A stretch of 64,000 nt of DNA from Euglena gracilis (taxonomy: Eukaryota): assembly GCA_039621445.1 (NCBI GenBank), contig CP154954.1, forward strand, positions 17,266,589 to 17,330,588, given 5' to 3'. The number at the start of each line of letters is the position of its first letter. The first letter of the stretch is position 1. Below are positions 56,093-64,000 of the stretch, piece by piece. Made by a program: the position numbers and the translations under genes. The notes under the pieces were generated by a model. That model worked only from the letters and a program-made list of their open reading frames with translations. It had not been told where the DNA came from and did not search any database.

Positions 56093-57989
56093 CTGGTTGG
56101 GTGGATTTGGGACCAGGAAAAAAGCCACCCACCTACCCACCCACCTACCTACCCCTGGAGGCAAGGCGTCACACCAGTGTTGAGTGAATACATGGTGCTC
56201 AATAAATAAACCCTTAGGATTTTAATTCCGAGGAAGCCCAAGCTTACCAAGCCTACCAAATTCCAAGCTTCCCAGGCCAAACAACCCGATATACGCTCCT
56301 CTTATCAAAAAAAAAAGATGACAAATTAATAGAAAAAAAAACAACGGAAAAAATACGAAACACAAAATTTAAAACCATGCAACGAAAAAAAGCTTTAATT
56401 TTAAAATACCATTTCTGAAAGCATTCCACAGCACAGATGCCTGGTAAAGGCTTTTTTTAACCTCTCCCAGTGGGGTTAAAAAGTGTCCCAGAAACCCACC
56501 CCTGTGGGAGGGGACGCTCAGGGGGAGATAAGCATAATGGCATTTTCTTAGAAAAAAAGTTTTGGACTGAAAATTTTCCAGGAGTTTCAAATCCACCATT
56601 TTCTCATATTTGGCCATTCCGAAAAAAAATTTCGTGCTTTTACACAAAACAATTTCGGCCCAACCCTTACCCAATCCCACAGGTTGGGGGGGGGGCAGCT
56701 CTAGCCAGGGGGGGGGTTCCTCCAACTCAGGGATTTTCTTAAAGACCCCTGCTGGGGAAAAAACCAGGGTCGAAAAAAGGTGCTAGCTGGAACCCCTCAG
56801 AGGGTGGACCAGCTGCGTGAGAAGCTTCCATCCAAAATTTTGAGGTAACGTAAAAATGAACGCATTTTCCCGCATTTTTGATGTCCAGCATTTTTGGTGT
56901 CCAGCATGGGCAATGCTGGACACCTCTGAACATTTGGGCCCAAGAAGATACCCTGTGAAAGGGCGGTGCAAACGCTGGATAAAAGCACCTGGGCCGCAAA
57001 TATCCCTGGCTTTGGGTACCTAAGACCTCCGACTTTGCAGAGGCAGAGTTATGGGGGCTTTGGCAAATTTTGGTGCACCCTATGCACACCACTGGCCAAT
57101 TGGAGCGGGAAGACAAGCAGGTGTATAATGCATTGCACACCCCATGGAGAATGGGATTATTTGGTCATTGTGTGTTTGCGCTGAGAAGTATCCAAAGAGC
57201 CTTGACCAGGCAGGACCTTGCACTGGGGAAAAAATGGAAAAACAAAACCGAAAAATAACAACTCAAACGGCTTGGGTTGTTATTTTTTCCAGTTGTTATT
57301 TTTTTTCCAGGGACAGTAATTGGTCAATGTGCCTTTGCGCTGACTTAGAGCAATGTCGGAGAACGCGGCCTGTGAAGGAAAAATCCAACAAGTTTGCCGC
57401 AACAAATTCTGGCTGTTGGTGTATGATGCGGTGCAACTGCTGCACTCCTCGTTGCCAGTGTGCCATCTGACTTTGATTGTGGAGAACGAAACGTCATGCG
57501 GAGGAACAAGGGGACGGATTGTTGGTGTGTATTCAAAAAGTTTGGGTACACAAGCAGGTGGCCTGGTGGGGAGAGGAAAAACATTATATGCGGGCATATG
57601 GAGCGCTCCTAAGGCTTTTTTTTTAAGGTCACCGGACATTTCTTTTGATTCCCCACCATTTTTGAGATATTTTGGAAAATCTATTTTCTGATCTGCGTTT
57701 TTTTGACCCCCCTGCCCAAAGGATGTTACCACCTAGCCTGAGATATGGCCAAATGGCGTTGCTCTGGAGAACAGTCAGTAACCTGGGGTTCAGGGTTGAA
57801 ATCAAGAAAGTGTCGGGGGTTTGGTTGGATGGTGTGCGGGAAGAGAAGAGGGTGGTGCCCCCTTCTCTTGCGTTGGTGGTCTGGACCCCCCCCCACCTGC
57901 TGGGTGAGTCTGAGTCGACCCCCGGGCTGCAAATTTTTTTTCCTGCCCTGTTTTTTGGTGGGGGTCACCTCTCACCAACCTTGACTGGA

Positions 57990-60790
57990 GCTGGGGGGCT
58001 CTGGACCGCCCTCCACCTGCCTTTGTGTCGAACCCTCGGTGTCAATGCCGTGCTGGCCAACGGAAGACATCAACCTGACCCCCAGCCCCTCGCCTGGGCG
58101 GTGGCACATTCATTTGTGTCACCCGTCCCCCGTCCCCGCGTGTCACCGGCCTGTCCATCCCCACCGAGCCCCTGGCCCCCACGGTGAGGGCGGGCAGCAT
58201 CATCGCTATGGTTGTGGCGGAGGGGCTGCTCACCGTCACGGTGGACGGGGTGGAGCTGGCCCCGGCGCCGGTGTTGGACAGGAGTTTGCCTCCCCCCGAA
58301 TTGTGGAGTTGCAGGGAAGATAAAGTACTGCTAGACAGGGCTTCAATTTAGGTCTTGGGGCTTTTTTCTTGTTTTTGCTTCGTTTTCAAGATACTGGGCA
58401 TTTCGCGTTTTTTTTCAACGCAAAAACGGCCCAAAACGGGGCCAAAAACGGCCGTTTCTCGGGCCGGTTGGGGATTTGGAAAAACATGACCAGACAAGCA
58501 TATGGAGTGTTCCTAGGATTTTGTTTTAAGTCGATAGAGATTTCTTTTAATTCCGCACCATTTTTGAGAATTTTCAGGAAGATCTTTTTTTTTTTGACCC
58601 GACAGTGGCCGAAAACGGCAAAGGCGGAAGCCCCCCGCGCTGTTTTGGGCTGTAAATTGGACATTTATGGGTATGTCGGATAGGTGGGAAGTTACATGAA
58701 AATCAAAATATTATTAGATAGGGCATTTGAAGTGCTTTTGGTGGAAGTGTGCTTCTGGTGAAAAAAATTCTGCTCAACTCCCAACCCCGGTGTATGTGTT
58801 GCACATTTCTTTGTTTTTGACGTGGAATTTAGCTGGATGTCCCCCCCCCCCCCGGATCGGGGATCGCATTCAGTTGGTTGCCCCAGACAGAGTGAGAGTT
58901 TTCCCTGTTCTCCCCCGTCCGAAAAATTTGACCGCTGGTTGGGAGTGTCCATATTACCCCCCACCTGACCTCACGTCAAATCTTGCCCAATGATATGCAA
59001 GGTTTGTGGCACGCAAAACCCATGGCAACACGGGGAACAATCTGGACTGCAAAAACCGAAAGATTGGACCCCTGAAAGGTCAGGCTCAAGTTCTGATTTT
59101 GAACAGGGATTCTCACAAATTGTGCCAAGAATAATCACAAATTTAACCATCCAGAATCACAAATGATCATGAATATTCATAAATAACCACAAACAACAAC
59201 AAGCAAGCATAAATAACATATTTATGAATGCGTCCCTCTGAAAATGGCTTTTCCATTGAGGATCAAGGATTTTCTATCAAAGTGAAGAACAAACATGGAA
59301 AAGATTAAGAAACAATATTTTTTTCTCTTTCTCTTTCATATTACCTCCCTCCTGATACTCCCTCCTGAATTGTCTGCAGCAAGGCAGGCCGGAATATTAC
59401 CTCCCTCTTTATATTCCCGCCTGAATTGTGTGCAACAAGGCAGGCCACAACCCATGTACATACACCATCCTCCAGAAACTGATTTTTTTTTGCGAAAGTC
59501 TGCAAATTTGTGCAAATTTTGTATTGTATTATCAACGTGGATTGGTGTTTAGTGCAACAAAAAAATGGAAATTGGCTTTTTTTGGTGGAACAAATGAACA
59601 AAGAATTGGGAATACTCGCAAATAATCAAAAATCAGGATCAAGGGTTGCCAGCACAAATTTGTGACAGTCCCTGCTTTGAATTTGTTTTCAAAGTTGTGC
59701 CGTCCTTCTTATGGTGAGCACGCAGGTCAGGGAACCTCTCAATGTGTTATCTCTCTCTCTGTTTATTTTACGCTGTGACCTATCCAAAGTTCTGGCACCA
59801 CTGGAAGGGGTTTGCCGTTTTGCGGTATCGCTGTGCCATGTTGGTCAAAGGGTGGAACCCAATTTGCCACTTGCCTGCGTCCATTTGGCAGGGTTGGCCA
59901 GATTATCCTGGAGTGGTAGAGAAAGTGTGACACTTTTGTACTGGCTGGGAGGCTGAAATAACTGGTTTTTATCAGCCGGTGTTTGCCAAATTGGGCAAAA
60001 TGGGGTCGAAACCACCGCTATTTTTGGGTCAGTTAATCTTTTCTGAATATTTTTTTATTTAATTTTCAAACAAAAATGGAATTTATTTATTTATTTTTCA
60101 ATTATTTTTAGTTGTGGGGATTTTCGAAGTGTCGATTCCTTGTATGGTTGGTGCTTAATGCTGAGTTGGCCGAGGCGTCCCTGGTCTATTTTGATAGCCT
60201 CTGAATGGGACGTCCCTGGGAGTATTTAAGGGAGGATGCTTTTCTGTGTCCTGAAACTGTGAACGCCCCAGAAGTTCAGATTGCAGAATTTCTCTGTAGA
60301 GTTGCCTGCCACCCTAGGACATGTTCTGGGGGGGGGGGTAAGCCATCGCAGGGACATTCTGGTCTTGTGTATTTTTGAGCTTTTGAAAACTACCCTCTGG
60401 TGTTGTTTTTATTCCTCGACCTTTTGCTCCATACGCAGAAAAGGATGTCTTGCATCCCAAGTGGCAATTTGGATACAATTCTTGGAGTTGTCGAAGACCA
60501 GGCTGGGTTCCCACTTGGGCACTACAGTGCCGGATTGGGCCGAGAGCGCTCCCGGATGCAGGGGCTGGGCACAGTGCCCCAAACCCGGCCTGCCCCCGAG
60601 GCCCGTCCGCCGAGCCAGCCGGAGGGGGAGGGCGGCAAAGCATCGGCCGACCAGAGCGCGGGGTCGTTGCTGATGGGGCAGCGGGTCGTCCTCAAGGACC
60701 CGGCGGAGATGTACGCTGTGCTGAGCGGCACCGCCGGCTGGTGTGGCAACACGGAGCAGCTGCAGCTGATGTGCATCGAGGAAGGCAGCC
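57990..60790 (+). CDS. Exons of a plus-strand host gene; beta-rich (NHR/SPRY-like) exon and a Mib/HERC2-SH3-repeat-like exon
   Basis: ~58184-58280 VRAGSIIAMVVAEGLLTVTVDGVELAPAPV; ~60665-60786 LLMGQRVVLKDPAEMYAVLSGTAGWCGNTEQLQLMCIEEG. Both are GC3-rich islands; the domain call is by eye only. Confidence 0.45.
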
Positions 60791-61039
60791 AGGAGCCTGG
60801 ACACCCCTCCATGGTTTTTTTCTTGTTTGGAGTAAGCCCCCCAAAATAGGACCCCCCAGGCGTCTTTGTTTTGGTGACCGTGTAGGCACCTGTTTCACAT
60901 AGGCCGCAAGAAAAACAGCCCAATAATTATAAAGAGACAAACATTTATATATTTATAGTATTTAATATAATATTTAACTGCAATATTTAATTGTAATTAA
61001 AACATTACAAGTATTATGTTATATTACAAGTGCAGTTAT

Positions 61040-61420
61040 AACACATAATATGATATAATATAATATAATATAACATAACATAACATAACATAACATAACA
61101 TAACATAACATAACATAACATAACATAACATAACGTAACATAACATAACATTACATAACATAATGTAACGTAACAAAACATAACATAACATAACATAACA
61201 TAGCATAACATAACATAACATACCATACCATACCATAACATAATGTAATACAATGTAATATAATATAATATAATATGATATAATATAATATAATATAATA
61301 TAAAATAAAAAAAATAATATAATATATATAATATAATATATAATATAATATAATATAATAATATAATATAATATAATATAATATTATATAATATAATATA
61401 ATACAATAACACAATTCAAT
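61040..61420. repeat. (TAACA)n/(TAATA)n pentanucleotide satellite in an AT-rich tract
   Basis: Direct reading. Confidence 0.9.
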
Positions 61421-61661
61421 ACATTATAATAAAATGCAATGTAACACAATATAATGCAACAAGATTACACATAGCATAATTACACAGTAAACAATATGTA
61501 AATATATAATATATAATAATATAATATATAATATATGATGTAAATATAAATATGTATATATAATATAATAAAAATGTATATATATATATATATATATATA
61601 ATTAATTTATGTCATTTTAATTATAACTGCAATTACGATGATAATTATAATTATAATTATA

Positions 61662-62073
61662 CCCCCCCCCCCCTAGTCGTACGACCACCCCTCATCTATG
61701 ACCACCCCCCGGTCACAGGTTGCAGGTCATGGGGGTGTTTTGACCACCCCCCCCGGTCACAGGTTGCAGGTTGCGAAAAAATTTAACCCCCCAAAATAAG
61801 TCCCCCCCCTGGCCGGTCCGAGCAAAAATCCATGAAATGGACCCCCCCAAAATAAGGTCCCCCCTGCCGGCGCGAAGCGCCGGATTTTTGAAAAATGGGA
61901 CATTTTGGGGGGGTAAAAAATGCCATTTTGGGACAGTTTTCACACACACCTACAACCGCCCCCTCATCTATGACCACCCCCCGGTCACAGGTTGCAGGTT
62001 AGGGGGGTGTTATGACCACCCCCCCCGGTCACAGGTTGCAGGAACCCGGTCATACGACTAGGGGGGGGGGGGG
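61662..62073. mobile_element. MITE, TA|(C)nTAGTCGTA...TACGACTA(G)n|TA, copy 1
   Basis: Inverted ends, TA flanks, internal tandem atgacca(C)nggtcacaggttgcagg units; near-identical copy at 62991-63400. Confidence 0.9.
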
Positions 62074-62091
62074 TAATTATAGTTACAATTA

Positions 62092-62523
62092 CTGTCCCCG
62101 GAAAAAATAACAACCGGAAAAAATAACAACCCAAGCCTTTCAGGTTGTTATTTTTTCGGTTGTTATTTTCCAAATTTTTTCCTGTGTAAAGGCCCCGCCT
62201 TCGCCATGGCTCTTTGGATACTTTCTCACTTGGCCTGGCTGAGAGGGTGGCGGGGCCAGTATGGATGAGCAAACCCCTTTGTTCCTTTCAGAATCGTCAT
62301 GGAAAAGCATGTCCTTGCAGCAAAGCCTTCCGTGAACAAGAAACTAGTCGACCAAGAATTTGCGATTTTGACCTGTCAGATATTGACGTCGCTGACCTTA
62401 TTTGATGACCTGGACCCAGTTTTTCGTGAATTCCATATTGACGTCCTTGTTGCTCTGAAGCCTTCCGGGTTGTTATTTTTCCGGTTGCTATTTTTTTCCG
62501 GTTGTTATTTTTTCCGGGGACAG
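62092..62523. mobile_element. MITE, TA|CTGTCCCCGGAAAAAATAACAACC TIRs
   Basis: Exact inverted ends with subterminal ccggaaaaaataacaa repeats; degenerate copy at ~57230-57320. Confidence 0.85.
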
Positions 62524-62990
62524 TATAAGGATAATTATAATTAAAATGACATAAATTAAATTAAATTTATTTTATATTATATATTTATATTATGTAATAT
62601 ATTCACATATTGTATATTATACTATATAATTATAATTATAAGTATAAGTATAATTATAATTATAATTATAATTATAATTATAATTATAATATAATAATTA
62701 TAATTATAATTATAATTCTAATTATATTATCATAATTATAATTATTCTCGTTCTCGTTAATTATTTCTCTTCTCCTTCCCCTTCTCCTTCTCCTTTTCCT
62801 TGTCCTTGTCCTTCTCCTTGTCCTTCTCCTTCCCCTTCCCCTTCTCCTTCTCCTTCTCCTTCGCCTTCTCCTTCTCCTTCTCCTTCTCCTTCCCCTTCCC
62901 CTTCTCCTTCCCCTTATAATTCTCCTTCCCCTTCCCCTTCTCCTTCTTATAATTCTCCTTCTCCTTAATTATAATTCTCCTTCTCCTATA

Positions 62991-63400
62991 CCCCCCCCCC
63001 CTGTCGTACGACCACCCCTCATTTATGCCCCCCCCCCGGTCACAGGTTGCAGGTCATGGGGGTGTTATGACCACCCCCCCCCCCGGTCACAGGTTGCAGG
63101 TTGCGAAAAATTTTAACCCCCAAAAATAAGTCCCCCCCCTGGCCGGTCCGAGCAAAAATCCATGAAATGGACCCCCCCAAAATAAGGTCCCCCCTGCCGG
63201 CGCGAAGCGCCGGATTTTTGAAAAATGGGACATTTTTGGGGGGTAAATCTGCCATTTTGGGACAGTCTTCACACACTTCTACGACCGCCCCCTCATCTAT
63301 GACCACCCCCCGGTCACAGGTTGCAGGTTATGGGGGTGTTATGACCACCCCCCCCCCCGGTCACAGGTTGCAGGAACCCGGTCATACGACTAGGGGGGGG
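62991..63400. mobile_element. MITE copy 2 (same family as 61662-62073)
   Basis: Colinear and highly similar, TA-flanked. Confidence 0.9.
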
Positions 63401-63449
63401 TAATAATAATAATAATAATAATTCCAAACAACCTAATATTTAAATTTAA

Positions 63450-63865
63450 CATAACCCCCCCAAATATAAACCCCCCCAAATACAAACCCCCCCAAATATA
63501 AAACCCCCCCTGAGGACCTTGAAATCACGCCCAAATATAACCCCCCCCCCTCCGGCGCAAAGCGCCGGAAGGAAAAATTTTCGACAAAATATCTCCCAAA
63601 ATTGTCATTTTTGTCAGATTTGGGAACAATTTTTACCAAAAACATGTGAAAATTGCTCCTTCGCCCGAAAAATGAAGTTTTTGGACCCCCAAGGGTGGGC
63701 GTATTTGTTATTTTGGACCAAAAAAGTGTCTACTGGAACCCACCGGGAAATTGATTTTTCCGACCGAATATAAAACCCCCCCAAATATAAAACCCCCCCT
63801 CGGGGTCTTGAAATTTCCGCCCTATTTTTAAACCGGGGGGGTTTATATTTTGGGGGGGTTTAGTA
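63450..63865. mobile_element. MITE-like element with CCCCCCAAATATAAA repeats
   Basis: Tandem ccccccaaatataaa units, inverted at 63842-63862 (tttatattttggggggg). Boundaries approximate. Confidence 0.55.
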
Positions 63866-64000
63866 TTGTGAATTTTTAAGTTTTCATTATTTATAATCAT
63901 ATATGTAATTTATGGATGATACGATGGACAATATCTCTATTAATAGCAGCTTCTAACACAATAAATATAGTAGTATTTTCATAACAGGAATTTTTTGAAA

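Overview
Repeat-rich eukaryotic DNA, most likely from a euglenid. Host genes are split into small exons, and several introns lack GT-AG and instead have complementary ends, pairing positions +4..+6 with -8..-6, which is the euglenid nonconventional intron pattern. Scattered exons give three host genes by eye: (1) the N-terminal part of a membrane receptor/adenylate-cyclase-like gene (minus, ~1.8-10 kb); (2) a SAM-like + R-S-E ADP-ribosyltransferase gene (minus, ~45-54 kb) that may continue into repeated and SPRY-like exons at 18-43 kb; (3) exons of a plus-strand gene (~58-61 kb). Introns are full of TA-flanked MITEs and microsatellites. The main feature is a 12,759-bp element (26998-39756) with perfect 26-bp terminal inverted repeats and a 5-bp ACAGA target duplication. 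It encodes a frameshifted DDE-like transposase candidate and a spliced ParB/Srx-fold protein. It also carries about 27 copies of an 18-bp palindrome (WWTGCGCANNTGCGCAWW), found in every intron of the ParB-like gene and not seen outside the element. All protein family calls come from motif recognition by eye. Several frameshifts lie in or near homopolymer runs and may be assembly errors.
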